Source: Prochlorococcus sp. AG-686-M10
Lineage (GTDB): Bacteria > Cyanobacteriota > Cyanobacteriia > PCC-6307 > Cyanobiaceae
Length of the DNA stretch: 64,000 nt
Assembly: GCA_003210275.1 (NCBI GenBank)
Contig: QCVU01000001.1
Coordinates: 643 to 64,642 of the forward strand
Direction: 5' to 3'
The notes under the pieces are model-generated. The model ran no database searches. It was given only the letters and a program-made list of their open reading frames with translations, and was not told the DNA's origin. Shown here in pieces: positions 23,175-35,042 of this stretch; positions within the stretch are counted from its first letter, which is position 1, and each line of letters starts with the position of its first letter. The position numbers and the translations under genes are program-made.

Positions 23175-24518
23175 TTGTCTAAAAACCAAAAAGAGAAATT
23201 GTTGTCTAACGACGTAATTCAAAAATTTTTAGAAAAGGATCATAAATTTCCTTTTGATGAGAATGATAAATTTATTGAAACAGTATCTTCATTAACTTAT
23301 TATTTGAAATCTTTTTCAAATATTAAAAGATTTTTGGATTATATTTCTTTAATTTTTAAACATACTTTTAACCAACAATTAAGTCTAATTATTCCTTTGA
23401 ATGAAGAGGGAGAAATATGGAAGGAAAATATTAAGTTTTCTGGGGTAACAAAAAATTTAAAAATGGATGGTGAAATCAAAAAATTTTTTTATAATTTTGA
23501 TTTTTCTAACAATTTTAAACTTAAAGAAAATAGTTCTTTTGAAAAAGTTTTAAATAATAAATTTAAAGAATATGTAATTAATTACTATAAAGTTTTGTCA
23601 CGAGGAAAATGTAGAGGATTTGTATATACCTTTAAACAAGAATCTTTAAATGATTCTTTAAAAAATGAGCGTAATTTGAACTTTATTCTTAGTTGTTTGG
23701 CGATTGGTTTAGAAAACTATTCGTTAATTAAAACAAAAAAGAAGCATGAAAATGTAGATAGAGAAATTTCTATTGGAGCAGAAATCCAATCACAACTTTT
23801 ACCCGATTATTGTCCAATTATTTATGGGGTGGATTTAGCTGCGCATTGTAGACCAGCTCTTCAATTAGGAGGAGATTATTACGACTTTATGTCTTTGAAA
23901 ACAAATATTTCTGAAAGAATGCGGGAAAAGGCAAGGTGGGCTTTAGTTATTGGGGACGTTATGGGTAAGGGCCTTCCCGCAGGTCTTCTGATGACGATGT
24001 TAAGAGGGATGCTAAGAGCAGAGGTTTTGACTGGGTTGCCTCCAGATAGAATATTGCATGATTTAAATCAGTTAGCTATTTATGATTTGGACCAATCGCA
24101 TAGATTTATAACTTTATTTTATTCGGATTATGACCCTAGAACAAAAAAATTAAGATATGCAAATGCTGCACATAATCCTCCTTTGCTTTGGAAAAATTCT
24201 GAGCAAAAAATTATAAAATTAGATTCAGAAGGCTTTGTTCTTGGGTTGCAAAATGATGCTGAATATCAATGTGGTCAAATACAACTTAATAAAAAAGATG
24301 CAATTCTTTACTACACAGATGGAGTAACTGACGCTTCTAATGCTTTAGGCGAAAGATTCGATGAAGAACGTTTAATTAAATCCTTTTCAAAATTATGTCA
24401 GAAATCGCTTAAGTCTAAAGATATTTTAAATAAGATTTATAAAATCTTAGATGAGTTTACTGGTAAAAATAGACAATTAGGAGATGACGCTTCCATCGTA
24501 GTCTTTCAGTTAGATTAG
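23175..24518 (+). CDS. PP2C/SpoIIE (RsbU-like) serine phosphatase
   Basis: GGDYYDF, IGDVMGKG, NAAHNPP, YTDGVTD, GDDAS. Confidence 0.9.
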   Translation: MSKNQKEKLLSNDVIQKFLEKDHKFPFDENDKFIETVSSLTYYLKSFSNIKRFLDYISLIFKHTFNQQLSLIIPLNEEGEIWKENIKFSGVTKNLKMDGEIKKFFYNFDFSNNFKLKENSSFEKVLNNKFKEYVINYYKVLSRGKCRGFVYTFKQESLNDSLKNERNLNFILSCLAIGLENYSLIKTKKKHENVDREISIGAEIQSQLLPDYCPIIYGVDLAAHCRPALQLGGDYYDFMSLKTNISERMREKARWALVIGDVMGKGLPAGLLMTMLRGMLRAEVLTGLPPDRILHDLNQLAIYDLDQSHRFITLFYSDYDPRTKKLRYANAAHNPPLLWKNSEQKIIKLDSEGFVLGLQNDAEYQCGQIQLNKKDAILYYTDGVTDASNALGERFDEERLIKSFSKLCQKSLKSKDILNKIYKILDEFTGKNRQLGDDASIVVFQLD

Positions 24519-24577
24519 ATTTTTTGTCACAAATATAAAAAAATGCTTTATTAGAAGTAACTTAAGTTTCGATTCAT

Positions 24578-25957
24578 ATGTCTAAAGTTTGGAGTAATAG
24601 GTTTGATAGAAGCCTGAATCCTTTTATTGAAGAGTTTAATGCTTCAATTAGTTTTGATAAAACACTAATTTTGGAAGATATCGAGTGTTCTATTGCACAT
24701 GCAAAAATGCTTAGTAAAACTAAGGTTTTGTCTATCGATGAGTCTTTAAAGATTATTGAGGGTCTAGAAACTATAAAAGAAGATTTTATTGAAGGTAAAT
24801 TTTGCCCCGGTTTTCCATCTGAGGATATTCATTATTGTATTGAAGAAAAACTAATTAATTTAATTGGTGAAACCGGAAAAAAATTACATACTGGGAGAAG
24901 TAGAAATGATCAGGTAGGAACAGATATTAGATTATGGTTGAGAAAAAAAATTGATAATATTGATATCTTATTGGCCGAATTACAAAATTCTTTATTTTCG
25001 ATTGCTGAATCAAATATTTATACATTAATACCTGGTTATACCCATATGCAAAGAGCTCAACCTTTATCTCTTGCTCATCATCTTCTGGCGTATCTTGAAA
25101 TGTTTCAAAGAGATCGTGAAAGGCTTAGAGAAGTTAGAGCTAGGGTTAATATTTCGCCCTTAGGCGCAGCAGCTTTGGCGGGTACTAAAATTAATATAGA
25201 TAGATACTTTACTGCTGAGGAATTAGGGTTTGAAAATGTTTATAAAAATAGTATTGATGCTGTAAGTGATAGAGATTTTTGTATTGAATTTGCTTCAAGT
25301 TCTGCTTTAATAATGTCTCATTTAAGTAGAATCTCAGAAGAAATAATATTGTGGGTTACTGATGAGTTTTCTTTTGCAGAATTAACTGATAAGTGTGCTA
25401 CCGGAAGTAGCTTGATGCCTCAGAAGAAGAATCCAGATGTTCCAGAATTAATCAGGGGTAAAACGGGTCGTGTTTATGGACATCTTCACTCTTTATTAAC
25501 CATTATAAAAGGAGTACCTCTTTCATATAATAAGGATTTTCAAGAGGATAAAGAGCCAATTTTTGACACAGTAGATACAATTTCTTCTTGCCTAAGAGCT
25601 ATGACAATTTTATTAAATGAAGGAATAGAGTTTAATGTTGAAAGGTTAATGGATACTGTTCAAAAAGATTTCTCTAATGCAACTGATTTGGCAGATTATT
25701 TAGTAGTCAAGAAAGTTCCTTTCAGAGAGGCATATCAAGTAGTTGGAGATATTGTGAAGTATTGTTTAAAAAAAGATATTTTATTTAAAGATGTAAAATT
25801 AGAAGAATTTCAAACATTTCATAAGGAATTTAAAGATGATATTTTTGAAAATCTCAATCCTATGAACGTAGTCAAGTCTAGAAATAGTTTAGGTGGTACT
25901 GGATTTGATCAAGTAAAAATTGAGTTAAATAATTGGAAGAAAAAATTATTTACATAA
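24578..25957 (+). CDS. argH: Argininosuccinate lyase
   Basis: [33 protein letters not shown]. Confidence 0.97.
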   Translation: MSKVWSNRFDRSLNPFIEEFNASISFDKTLILEDIECSIAHAKMLSKTKVLSIDESLKIIEGLETIKEDFIEGKFCPGFPSEDIHYCIEEKLINLIGETGKKLHTGRSRNDQVGTDIRLWLRKKIDNIDILLAELQNSLFSIAESNIYTLIPGYTHMQRAQPLSLAHHLLAYLEMFQRDRERLREVRARVNISPLGAAALAGTKINIDRYFTAEELGFENVYKNSIDAVSDRDFCIEFASSSALIMSHLSRISEEIILWVTDEFSFAELTDKCATGSSLMPQKKNPDVPELIRGKTGRVYGHLHSLLTIIKGVPLSYNKDFQEDKEPIFDTVDTISSCLRAMTILLNEGIEFNVERLMDTVQKDFSNATDLADYLVVKKVPFREAYQVVGDIVKYCLKKDILFKDVKLEEFQTFHKEFKDDIFENLNPMNVVKSRNSLGGTGFDQVKIELNNWKKKLFT

Positions 25958-26073
25958 ATCTCAGGTAATTTTCTACAACAAGGGATGTATTGAAGTAGGA
26001 TAATGTAGTAATGTATATAGGCTACTTAATCAGTAGTTTTTATCTTGGTTATTATTTTAAAGTTGAGTTTCAA

Positions 26074-26553
26074 GTGAGTATTTTTGTTGGTAATTTGCCT
26101 TTCCGCGCAGAGCGAGAAGACATCTTAGAATTATTTACACCATACGGTGAAGTTATGAATTGTTCTCTTCCTCTAGAAAGAGATACAGGTAGAAAAAGAG
26201 GTTTTGCTTTTGTCGAAATGGCCGATGAAGCACTTGAGACATCAGCTATTGATGGTCTTCAAGGAACTGAGCTTATGGGAAGGCCTTTAAGAATTAATAA
26301 AGCCGAACCAAGAGGCGGCGGCGGCGGCCCAAGAAGAGGCGGCGGCGGCGGTAGAGGCGGTTACGGCGGTGGCGGTAATGGCGGTGGTTACTCTGAACCT
26401 GCTTCTTCTTACGCCAATAAATCTTCTGGAGCAGAAGGCTGGGAAGATAGAAGTTTTGGAAACTCTTCCGAAAATTCTGAATTTGAAAATGGTAGAAGTA
26501 GAAGAAAAAGAAGTGTTGCAAGCAATTCTGAAATCGCTCAAGAAGGGAATTAA
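26074..26553 (+). CDS. RRM RNA-binding protein with Gly-rich tail
   Basis: RNP2 IFVGNL and RNP1 RGFAFVEM; likely GTG start at 26074. Confidence 0.92.
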   Translation: MSIFVGNLPFRAEREDILELFTPYGEVMNCSLPLERDTGRKRGFAFVEMADEALETSAIDGLQGTELMGRPLRINKAEPRGGGGGPRRGGGGGRGGYGGGGNGGGYSEPASSYANKSSGAEGWEDRSFGNSSENSEFENGRSRRKRSVASNSEIAQEGN

Positions 26554-27554
26554 AAACCTATCGTCTGAAGCTTTGAAGCTTGTTTGATTAAGTAATTAAT
26601 ACTTAATTCCTGTTTAATTGATCTGGTAGAAATTTCATTTCTCCAGATTTTTGCATTAGGGATACCTTCAACAAGATTTATAAGATGTTTACAGATGTCC
26701 CAAGTTTTCCCTCCATCTTTTAAATGATTTTCAATATAAGGAACTAACGAAATAATAATTTCTGAAGCTTTTTTGCTTGTAGTATTTTTTCCATAGATTT
26801 TTTGATCAATTTCAGACCATCTAAGGGGATATTTATAAGCTGATCTTCCTATCATTACACCATCCAAATCATTCAATACTTTTATGCATTGATCAATATT
26901 TGTAAAACCTCCATTGATTTCTATAAGTAGATTAGGATTATTTCTCTTTAATTTTTGAACTATATCATATTTGAGTGGTGGAATAGTTCTATTTTGTTTA
27001 GGATTTAGGCCTTTCAAAATTGCTTTTCTTGCATGAACTGTAAATCTGTCTGCTCCGGCATTAGCAACTTCTTTCACAAAACTATCTAATTTATCAAAAC
27101 TATCATCATCATCAACGCCAATTCTATGTTTGATGGTAACGGGTATACTACAATTATTTTTTAGGGATTCTATACATTTTGCGACTTTACTAGGTTCTTT
27201 CATTAGTGAAGCACCAAAGTTTCCCGAACACACTCTTGGGCTTGGACATCCTACATTAAAGTTAATTTCATCATATCCCCAATCCTGAGCCATTTTTGCT
27301 GCTTCTTCAAGCATTTTTGGATTGTCCCCACCAAATTGAATTGATAGTGGGTGTTCTTCTGAATTAAAATTCAAAAATCGCTCTTTTTTTTCTGTATAAA
27401 TTAAACTCTGCGCTACTATCATTTCAGTGTATAAAAGAGCTTTAGAGCTAATTTTTCTGATTATCATCCTAAAGTGCTTGTCTGTACAATCCATCATTGG
27501 AGCAACACTTATTTTGTGTAAATTATTTATAGAATTAGGTGGATAGCTATTCAT
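26550..27554 (-). CDS. dusA: tRNA-dihydrouridine synthase A
   Basis: VAPMMDCTD, NFNVGCPS, TIKHRIG, VHARKA, EINGG, MIGR. Confidence 0.93.
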   Translation of the reverse strand: MNSYPPNSINNLHKISVAPMMDCTDKHFRMIIRKISSKALLYTEMIVAQSLIYTEKKERFLNFNSEEHPLSIQFGGDNPKMLEEAAKMAQDWGYDEINFNVGCPSPRVCSGNFGASLMKEPSKVAKCIESLKNNCSIPVTIKHRIGVDDDDSFDKLDSFVKEVANAGADRFTVHARKAILKGLNPKQNRTIPPLKYDIVQKLKRNNPNLLIEINGGFTNIDQCIKVLNDLDGVMIGRSAYKYPLRWSEIDQKIYGKNTTSKKASEIIISLVPYIENHLKDGGKTWDICKHLINLVEGIPNAKIWRNEISTRSIKQELSINYLIKQASKLQTIGF

Positions 27555-27581
27555 GTAATTTTATTCAATATATTTGAAGAT

Positions 27582-28076
27582 ATGAATCAATTTTTATCCA
27601 GAAGAATTTTTATTTTAATTCCTACCATGTCAATTTTAAAATTTATTTTAAAACCTAAGCAAGTACTAGCTTCATCTGCCGCTTCTGAGGAAAACTGGGA
27701 TTTATCAAAAGAAGAGTGGAAAAACAAACTTAGTCCTGGGTCTTATTATATTCTGCGCGAGGAGGGTACTGAGAGGGCATTCAGTAGCCAATTAAATAAT
27801 GAGAAGAGGAAAGGAATTTTTCATTGCGCAGGTTGTAATCAGCCTCTGTTTACATCTGATACTAAATTTGATAGTGGTACTGGTTGGCCAAGCTTTTGGG
27901 ATCCAATTTTAAGTTCAGTAGAAACGAAGGTTGATTTTAAATTAATTGTTCCAAGAACAGAATATCATTGCTCTAGATGTGGAGGGCATCAAGGTCATGT
28001 TTTTAATGATGGTCCTATGCCAACAGGTAAAAGATATTGTAATAACGGTCTTGCTTTGAAGTTTATAGCCGAATAA
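27582..28076 (+). CDS. msrB: Peptide-methionine (R)-S-oxide reductase
   Basis: GTERAF, KFDSGTGWPSF, GHQGHVFNDGP, RYCNNG. Confidence 0.96.
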   Translation: MNQFLSRRIFILIPTMSILKFILKPKQVLASSAASEENWDLSKEEWKNKLSPGSYYILREEGTERAFSSQLNNEKRKGIFHCAGCNQPLFTSDTKFDSGTGWPSFWDPILSSVETKVDFKLIVPRTEYHCSRCGGHQGHVFNDGPMPTGKRYCNNGLALKFIAE

Positions 28077-28153
28077 CTAAATTAGTGCGGCCTTCCGCAA
28101 CTTGTTTTGTGCGTTAATTTCATTCACAATGGTCTTAATAAAGTTTTAGAGTA

Positions 28154-28873
28154 ATGATTGAAAAACAATCAGATAAAGTTGAAAATTTAGAAGAGAATGT
28201 TTCTGAAGAAATTGATAATAATGAGGGTTCCTCTGTAAATGAAAATCAAATCAGCGAAGATAAACAGTCATCTGAGATAGATGATGAAAAAATTTATGCA
28301 GATGATTTAAAAAATACAATAACTAATAATGATGCAAGATTAGAGCAACTCGAAAAAGAGCATGAAACGTTAAAAGGTCAGTACGTAAGGATTGCTGCTG
28401 ATTTCGATAACTTTAGAAAAAGACAATCTCGAGATCAAGATGATTTAAAAGTCCAACTTGTTTCTAAAGCTTTAACAGCAATACTCCCTATTGTTGATAA
28501 TTTTGAAAGAGCAAGACAACAATTAAAACCCGAAAGTGAGGAGGCTCAAACATTGCATAGAAGTTATCAAGGACTTTATAAACAATTAGTGGAAGTATTA
28601 AAACAACAAGGGGTTTCTCCAATGAGGGTAGTTAATCAACAATTTGATCCTAAGTTACATGAAGCGGTTTTAAGGGAACCAAGTCAAGAGTTTAATGAGG
28701 ATATAATTACTGAAGAATTACAGCGTGGATATCATTTAGAAGGTAAGGTTTTAAGACATGCATTAGTTAAAGTTTCTATGGGTCCTGGTCAACAAAATTC
28801 ACAAGAACCTGGAGAAAAGGATAAAGTTGAGGAAGAAATTGATTCAGAGAGTTCTATCTCTGAAGAAAATTAA
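28154..28873 (+). CDS. grpE: Nucleotide exchange factor GrpE
   Basis: [36 protein letters not shown]. Confidence 0.96.
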   Translation: MIEKQSDKVENLEENVSEEIDNNEGSSVNENQISEDKQSSEIDDEKIYADDLKNTITNNDARLEQLEKEHETLKGQYVRIAADFDNFRKRQSRDQDDLKVQLVSKALTAILPIVDNFERARQQLKPESEEAQTLHRSYQGLYKQLVEVLKQQGVSPMRVVNQQFDPKLHEAVLREPSQEFNEDIITEELQRGYHLEGKVLRHALVKVSMGPGQQNSQEPGEKDKVEEEIDSESSISEEN

Positions 28874-28903
28874 ATCCTTTTTATGAATAGTTGAGTATTA
28901 TTA

Positions 28904-30028
28904 ATGGCCGACTTTTATCAAATACTTGGTGTTTCAAGAGATGCTGATGCTAATACTTTAAAGAGCGCTTATAGAAAGTTAGCAAGACAATATCATCCTG
29001 ATGTTAATAAAGATCCAGGTGCTGAAGATAAATTCAAAGAGATAGGCAAGGCTTATGAGGCTTTAGCTGACCCCGAAACTAGAGCTAGATACGATCAGTT
29101 TGGAGAGGCTGGAATAGGAGGAGCGGCTGGCATGCCTGATATGGGAGATATGGGTGGTTTTGGAGACTTGTTTGAAACTTTTTTTAATGGCTTTGGTGGA
29201 CAATCTTCACAAGGAGGTAGATCACAAAGAAGAGGCCCACAACAAGGTGATGACTTAAGGTATGACCTAAATATTGATTTTAAAGATGCTATTTTTGGAC
29301 AACAAAGAGAAATAAATATACCTCATTTAGAAACTTGTGAAGTATGTAGAGGAACCGGAGCTAAAAAAGGCACAGGTCCAACAACTTGCACAACATGTGG
29401 CGGAAGTGGGCAGGTTAGACGAGCTACAAGAACTCCATTTGGTAATTTTACCCAAGTAGCAGAATGCCCAACTTGTAATGGTGTTGGACAAATGATTTCA
29501 GATCCATGTTCAAGTTGTGGTGGAAATGGTGTTAAACAAGTTAGAAAAAAATTACGCATTAATATTCCTGCAGGAGTTGATACAGGAACTAAATTAAGAG
29601 TTTCTGGAGAGGGCAATGTAGGTCTAAAAGGTGGGCCACCTGGAGATCTTTATGTTTTTATTAAAGTTAAAAATGACCCAAATTTAAAAAGAGACGGTAT
29701 TAATATTTATTCTGAAATATCAGTGAGTTATCTACAAGCAATTCTTGGAGATACTGTTGATATAGTTACTGTTGATGGGAAAGTTAATTTAAAAATCCCA
29801 AGCGGGACCCAGCCAAGTAGTTCTTTATCATTAGAGAATAAAGGTGTGCCTCGATTGGGTAATCCAGTTGCAAGAGGCAATCATCAGGTTTTAGTAAAAG
29901 TTAAACTTCCAACTCGAATCACAGATGATGAACGAAATCTTCTTGAGAATTTAGCTTCAAAATATTCTGAGCAAAATTCTAGCTCTAATAGTGGATTGTT
30001 CAGCAAATTATTTGGGAAGGAGTCTTGA
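28904..30028 (+). CDS. dnaJ: Chaperone DnaJ
   Basis: J domain HPD, G/F region, four CxxCxGxG repeats. Confidence 0.97.
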   Translation: MADFYQILGVSRDADANTLKSAYRKLARQYHPDVNKDPGAEDKFKEIGKAYEALADPETRARYDQFGEAGIGGAAGMPDMGDMGGFGDLFETFFNGFGGQSSQGGRSQRRGPQQGDDLRYDLNIDFKDAIFGQQREINIPHLETCEVCRGTGAKKGTGPTTCTTCGGSGQVRRATRTPFGNFTQVAECPTCNGVGQMISDPCSSCGGNGVKQVRKKLRINIPAGVDTGTKLRVSGEGNVGLKGGPPGDLYVFIKVKNDPNLKRDGINIYSEISVSYLQAILGDTVDIVTVDGKVNLKIPSGTQPSSSLSLENKGVPRLGNPVARGNHQVLVKVKLPTRITDDERNLLENLASKYSEQNSSSNSGLFSKLFGKES

Positions 30029-30258
30029 AGGAAGCTTCAAAGGTTTTGGATTTAGAATCTATTCCTTGTCCTTTGAATGTCGTGAAATGTAAATTGGCAT
30101 TAGAGAAATTATCCCTAAATGAAGCTTTAATAGTTCATCTAGATAAAGGAGAACCAGAAATAATGGTTAAGAGAGTTTTAAAAGAAATGAAATATTTTTT
30201 TAAAACTATTGAAGAAAATCAAGAAACAATAAAGTTAAAAATATTACATGAAAGTTGA
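30025..30258 (+). CDS. TusA/SirA-family sulfurtransferase
   Basis: [19 protein letters not shown] motif. Confidence 0.8.
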   Translation: MKEASKVLDLESIPCPLNVVKCKLALEKLSLNEALIVHLDKGEPEIMVKRVLKEMKYFFKTIEENQETIKLKILHES

Positions 30259-31165
30259 CAAAAAATATAAAGGCCTTGTCACAAAAAAATTTAATGAATT
30301 TTATCTTGTAGAACTAGATAAAGATGAGTCTTCAGAGTTTAATAAAAAATTTTTATGTAAACTTAAGAAGTCTATAAATTTTAGAAATCAATTTGTCTTC
30401 GTAGGAGATGAAGTAATCGTTTATCAAATTGATTTACAAAGTAAAAGAGCAACAATAGAAAGTTTAGTTCAAAGGAATAATCTTTTAGAGAGGCCATCCG
30501 TTGCTAATATTTCAAATATATACGTCATTTGTTCTGTTGAAGAGCCACAATTAAATTTATCCCAAGTAAATAAGTTTTTAATATCTGCTGAACAACTGGG
30601 TGTAGAAGTTTCATTGGTGCTTACGAAATGTGATTTGATAACAGAACAAAAACGACTGTTTTTAATTGATAAATTTCAGAAGTGGGGATATCAAGCTACT
30701 ACCTTAAATTTTAATAATCCAGAAAATTTAAGAAAATTGTTAATTGAGTTAAAGGGAAAAAAATGCTCAATATTTATGGGACCATCTGGTGTTGGTAAAA
30801 CAACATTATTAAATATGATAATTCCAGGTCTTGATAACATAACTGCACCTGTCTCAAGCAAAATAAAACGTGGAAAAAATACTACGAGAAACATTGAGCT
30901 ATTTTCTCTATCAAGTAAAAGCTATATCGTGGATACTCCGGGTTTTAATATGCAATCATTTAAAATAGAAATTCGCGAATTATCTAACTTATATCCAGAA
31001 ATTTATAAACAAGTAGTTAATGAAGGTATACATTGCAAATTTCGTAATTGTCTACACGTAAATGATCAGGGTTGTCAGTTAAATAAAAATTTTGAAAGGT
31101 ATACTTTTTATAAAGAAATGATTGAATCATCTAAGAGTCATTATTGTCTAATCCAGGGAGATTAA
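30248..31165 (+). CDS. rsgA: Ribosome small subunit-dependent GTPase
   Basis: [32 protein letters not shown]...C. Confidence 0.95.
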   Translation: MKVDKKYKGLVTKKFNEFYLVELDKDESSEFNKKFLCKLKKSINFRNQFVFVGDEVIVYQIDLQSKRATIESLVQRNNLLERPSVANISNIYVICSVEEPQLNLSQVNKFLISAEQLGVEVSLVLTKCDLITEQKRLFLIDKFQKWGYQATTLNFNNPENLRKLLIELKGKKCSIFMGPSGVGKTTLLNMIIPGLDNITAPVSSKIKRGKNTTRNIELFSLSSKSYIVDTPGFNMQSFKIEIRELSNLYPEIYKQVVNEGIHCKFRNCLHVNDQGCQLNKNFERYTFYKEMIESSKSHYCLIQGD

Positions 31166-31481
31166 GATTTAAGCCACCAGTCAAATCATTCATTCTCTCT
31201 TTCATTGTTGTAGTTGAACTTTCATGGGCTTTTTTAATAGCTTCTAAAATATTTTTCTCTATTTGTTCTTTGCTTGCCTTAAAAATGGCTTCATTTACAT
31301 CAACTCTTAGAGGGAGCTGGTTTCCGCTTATCCAAACTTTTATCATTTCATCATCACTTGTACCTTCAATTTCCATGCTTTCAAGTTCATCTTGTAATTT
31401 CTGCGCATTTTGTTGAATTTCTTTAGCTTTTTTAAAAGCTTCTGTTAGTTGTCCAAAATTTGGAAGTCCAAAACCTGCCAT
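31131..31481 (-). CDS. YbaB/EbfC nucleoid-associated protein
   Basis: [36 protein letters not shown]. Confidence 0.9.
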   Translation of the reverse strand: MAGFGLPNFGQLTEAFKKAKEIQQNAQKLQDELESMEIEGTSDDEMIKVWISGNQLPLRVDVNEAIFKASKEQIEKNILEAIKKAHESSTTTMKERMNDLTGGLNLNLPGLDNNDS

Positions 31482-31504
31482 TTGATAAAAGAGTTTCTAT
31501 AAGA

Positions 31505-32395
31505 TTAAGGATAGTCAAATCCGATCATTCTTACTTCAGGTTGAAGAAAAATCCCTGTTTTTTGTAGTACTTTTTGTTGAATTACTGTTATTAAATCTAA
31601 AATATCTTGTGAATTAGCAGAAGAATTATTTACAATAAAGTTTCCATGAATAGTTGATATTTCTGCCCCGCCTATCTTATAACCTTTTAATCCTAATTCT
31701 TCAATTAATTTGCCCGCATAACTATTTGTTGGATTTTTAAAAACGCTTCCAAAACTTGGCAAATCATATGGCTGTGTTTCTGTTTTTCTTTTAAGATTTT
31801 TCTTGGTAGTTACTAATAATTCTTCAACATTTCCATTTGGCTCAAAAAGTAATTTTGCGCTTATTATTTGAAGATTATTTTGCTGAAAAGGACTGCACCT
31901 ATATTGAAAATTTAAATCTTTTGTTTGAATTTCAGATATTTCAAGAGTTTTAGTATCAATCACTTGAACTGATAAAAGATTATCAGCCAATGATAATGTT
32001 CCTGAACCTGCATTCATACAAATAGCGCCACCTACTGTGCCAGGAATTCCTACAGCCCATTCACCTCCTTGTAATCCATTTTTTGCGAGCATATTTGACA
32101 TCGTTGGGAGCATTACTCCAGCCTCTGCTACTACAATTCCTGAATGGGATTCAATTTTTATAGAGCGCATTTTTTTAGTACATATAGTTAAGCCTTTTAG
32201 AAAAATATTATTTATTAATAAATTAGAGCCAGCTCCTATTATTTGAAAATTAAGATTATTGAAATGGGACCACTTAATTAAATTAATGAATTCATCAGCG
32301 TTATTAGGTTTTGAAAAATATTCCGCAAAGCCACCAACTTTTATCGTCGTATAATTAGAAAGATTTATTTTCTCTTCAAAATTAATATTTTTCAT
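31505..32395 (-). CDS. murB: UDP-N-acetylmuramate dehydrogenase
   Basis: TTIKVGG, IGAGSNLL, GIPGTVGGAICMNAG, GSVFKNP, HGNFIVN. Confidence 0.96.
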   Translation of the reverse strand: MKNINFEEKINLSNYTTIKVGGFAEYFSKPNNADEFINLIKWSHFNNLNFQIIGAGSNLLINNIFLKGLTICTKKMRSIKIESHSGIVVAEAGVMLPTMSNMLAKNGLQGGEWAVGIPGTVGGAICMNAGSGTLSLADNLLSVQVIDTKTLEISEIQTKDLNFQYRCSPFQQNNLQIISAKLLFEPNGNVEELLVTTKKNLKRKTETQPYDLPSFGSVFKNPTNSYAGKLIEELGLKGYKIGGAEISTIHGNFIVNNSSANSQDILDLITVIQQKVLQKTGIFLQPEVRMIGFDYP

Positions 32396-32402
32396 TAATT
32401 AT

Positions 32403-33821
32403 TTAATCACTTAAATTATTTTTATTATTTAAAATAGACCATAAGTCATGACAATTACCAGCACCCATATTCACGATAAAATCATTCTTTTGTGTTAATT
32501 TTAAAAATTTATTTTTAATTTCATAATTATTTTGAAAGCATTGAACATTTTTATTTTTTTTGTAAATAAGATCAGCAATTAGTTTTGAATTAATATTATC
32601 AGTATTTTTTTCTCCTGCCCCAAAAATATTTGTTAAATAAATAACATCTGCCTTTGCAAGCTCTCTGACAAATTCATGAATAAATTCTTTTACTCTGGTA
32701 AATCTATGAGGTTGAAAAATAGCAACTAACCTGCCATTTGGTTTCTCATTTTTATTATTATCTTCTACAAATAACTTAGCTAAACTAATTGTTGCCTTAA
32801 TTTCATTAGGATGATGCGCATAGTCATCATAAATAATTCTTTGCTTAAATTTACCTCTAAATTCAAATCTTTTTTTTGGTAATTCTAAAGATTTAATATT
32901 TTTCTTTATTTCCTTAAAACTTACACCAATCATTCTAGAGGCTGCTACTGCAGCAGTAATATTAGAAAGGTTATGTAAACCCGGAACTGGAATAGTTAAT
33001 GTATCTATAAAATCTCCATTCTCATAATATTTACCAATAGTAGTATTTTTATTTATAACATTTGGAATTATTGAATAAGCAATATTATTAATTATTTTAT
33101 TAGACCATTGATTATTTGAATTAAAATTATTTCTGGTAATTTCACAATCGAAATTTATTAATAATTTTTCAGAATTAGAAGCAAATTTTTTAAATGAGGT
33201 TAACACTTCATTAATGTCTGAGAAATGGTCACAATGATCGAAATCAATATTATTAATTATTCCAATAGTTGAATAATAATTAGTGATTGTTCCATCAGAT
33301 TCATCAATTTCTGTTACTAAAAATTTTGTATTTTCGATATGGGCATTTGACTTATAAATTGGAATAATTCCGCCTGTAATGGAAGAAGAATTATGTGTGC
33401 ATAATTCTAATAATGTAGAGAGGAAAGTACTTGTAGATGTTTTTCCATGACTTCCAGCTATTGATAATGATATGTATGATTTCATTATCATTGAAAGAAT
33501 TTCTGAACGATGTTTTATTAGAAAATTATTTTTTTTGCAATAGGATAGCTCTTCATTTTCTTCTGGGATAGCAGAACTAATGACAATATTTATTTTCTGA
33601 CTTTGAAATTTTGAAATTACTAAATTTATATTATTTTTTATTTGCGAATCAAAAATTATCGCCCCTAATTCTTTTAATTTTTGTGTTTCTTTATTTTTTA
33701 CTAAATCAGATCCAGAAACTGAGTATCCCTTTTTTATCAATGCTATAGCGATTGCAGACATTCCAATACCACCAATTCCAATGAAATGAAAATGCTCTTT
33801 GCTTTGTAATTTTGTATTCAA
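32403..33821 (-). CDS. murC: UDP-N-acetylmuramate--L-alanine ligase
   Basis: HFIGIGGIGMS, AGSHGKTST, DDYAHHPNE, FQPHRFTR. Confidence 0.96.
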   Translation of the reverse strand: MNTKLQSKEHFHFIGIGGIGMSAIAIALIKKGYSVSGSDLVKNKETQKLKELGAIIFDSQIKNNINLVISKFQSQKINIVISSAIPEENEELSYCKKNNFLIKHRSEILSMIMKSYISLSIAGSHGKTSTSTFLSTLLELCTHNSSSITGGIIPIYKSNAHIENTKFLVTEIDESDGTITNYYSTIGIINNIDFDHCDHFSDINEVLTSFKKFASNSEKLLINFDCEITRNNFNSNNQWSNKIINNIAYSIIPNVINKNTTIGKYYENGDFIDTLTIPVPGLHNLSNITAAVAASRMIGVSFKEIKKNIKSLELPKKRFEFRGKFKQRIIYDDYAHHPNEIKATISLAKLFVEDNNKNEKPNGRLVAIFQPHRFTRVKEFIHEFVRELAKADVIYLTNIFGAGEKNTDNINSKLIADLIYKKNKNVQCFQNNYEIKNKFLKLTQKNDFIVNMGAGNCHDLWSILNNKNNLSD

Positions 33822-34019
33822 TTATCAACTTTTACTTAAATCAAGATAACTTCTAAGTATTTATTTTGGTATTTAATTTTTACAAAAAAGTTAGTTTTTA
33901 TTTTTTGAATTAATACAAAACTAGAATTATTTGCTTAATAAATCAAAAAATGCTTACTTTATTGCACAAAATTCTGTATGATCAGCAACTTAGGTTAATC
34001 ATTAGAAAATTTTTTAGTT

Positions 34020-35042
34020 ATGACTTTGCGTGTTGCTATTAATGGGTTTGGCAGAATTGGTCGAAACTTTATGCGTTGTTGGCTCAGTAGAGGCGCTTAC
34101 ACCAATATTGAGGTAGTTGGAATTAACGTAACCTCAGACCCTAAAACAAATGCTCATCTTCTTAAATACGACTCAGTACTTGGTCAATTAGAAGGAGTAG
34201 ACATTCAATATACTGATGATACCTTCGTAATAAATAACAAAACAATTAAATGTTTTTCAGATAGAAATCCTATGAATTTACCCTGGAAAGACTGGGGAAT
34301 TGATTTGGTTATTGAATCAACTGGTGTTTTTAATACTGATGTTGGCGCAAGTAAACATCTTGAAGTAGGAGCTAAGAAAGTAATCCTAACTGCTCCTGGT
34401 AAAGGAGCAGGAGTTGGTACTTATGTTGTAGGGGTAAATGCCGATTCATATAATCATAAAGATTATGATATTTTGAGCAATGCTAGTTGCACAACAAACT
34501 GTTTAGCCCCAGTAGTAAAAGTTCTTGATCAAACTTTCGGAATTAATAAAGGATTGATGACTACAATCCATAGCTATACTGGTGATCAGAGAATTTTAGA
34601 TAATAGTCATAGAGATTTGAGAAGGGCTAGGGCTGCCGCTACAAACATAGTGCCTACTTCAACAGGAGCAGCAAAAGCTGTTGCTTTGGTTTACCCTGAA
34701 ATGAAAGGTAAGTTAACTGGAATTGCAATGAGGGTTCCTACTCCTAACGTCTCAGCTGTTGATTTTGTGTTTGAATCTGCTAAATCTGTTACTAGTGAAG
34801 AGATTAATAATGCTCTTAAGGAAGCTTCTTTGGGCTCAATGAAAGGAATTATCAAATACGGTGATGAGCCACTTGTTTCAAGTGATTATGCAGGAACTAA
34901 TGAGTCATCAATTATTGATAGTGATCTTACAATGTGTATTGGAGATAATCTTGTCAAAGTGCTTGCTTGGTATGACAACGAATGGGGCTATAGTCAAAGG
35001 GTTGTAGATTTGGCCGAGACAGTTGCTAAAAAATGGGAATAA
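34020..35042 (+). CDS. gap2: Glyceraldehyde-3-phosphate dehydrogenase (Calvin-cycle type)
   Basis: [38 protein letters not shown]. Confidence 0.95.
   Translation: MTLRVAINGFGRIGRNFMRCWLSRGAYTNIEVVGINVTSDPKTNAHLLKYDSVLGQLEGVDIQYTDDTFVINNKTIKCFSDRNPMNLPWKDWGIDLVIESTGVFNTDVGASKHLEVGAKKVILTAPGKGAGVGTYVVGVNADSYNHKDYDILSNASCTTNCLAPVVKVLDQTFGINKGLMTTIHSYTGDQRILDNSHRDLRRARAAATNIVPTSTGAAKAVALVYPEMKGKLTGIAMRVPTPNVSAVDFVFESAKSVTSEEINNALKEASLGSMKGIIKYGDEPLVSSDYAGTNESSIIDSDLTMCIGDNLVKVLAWYDNEWGYSQRVVDLAETVAKKWE

Noticed and set aside
26287-26587. Several overlapping short ORFs and a GC-rich GGC run
   Set aside because: Shadows of the Gly-rich tail of the RRM protein; the GC spike is explained by Gly codons.
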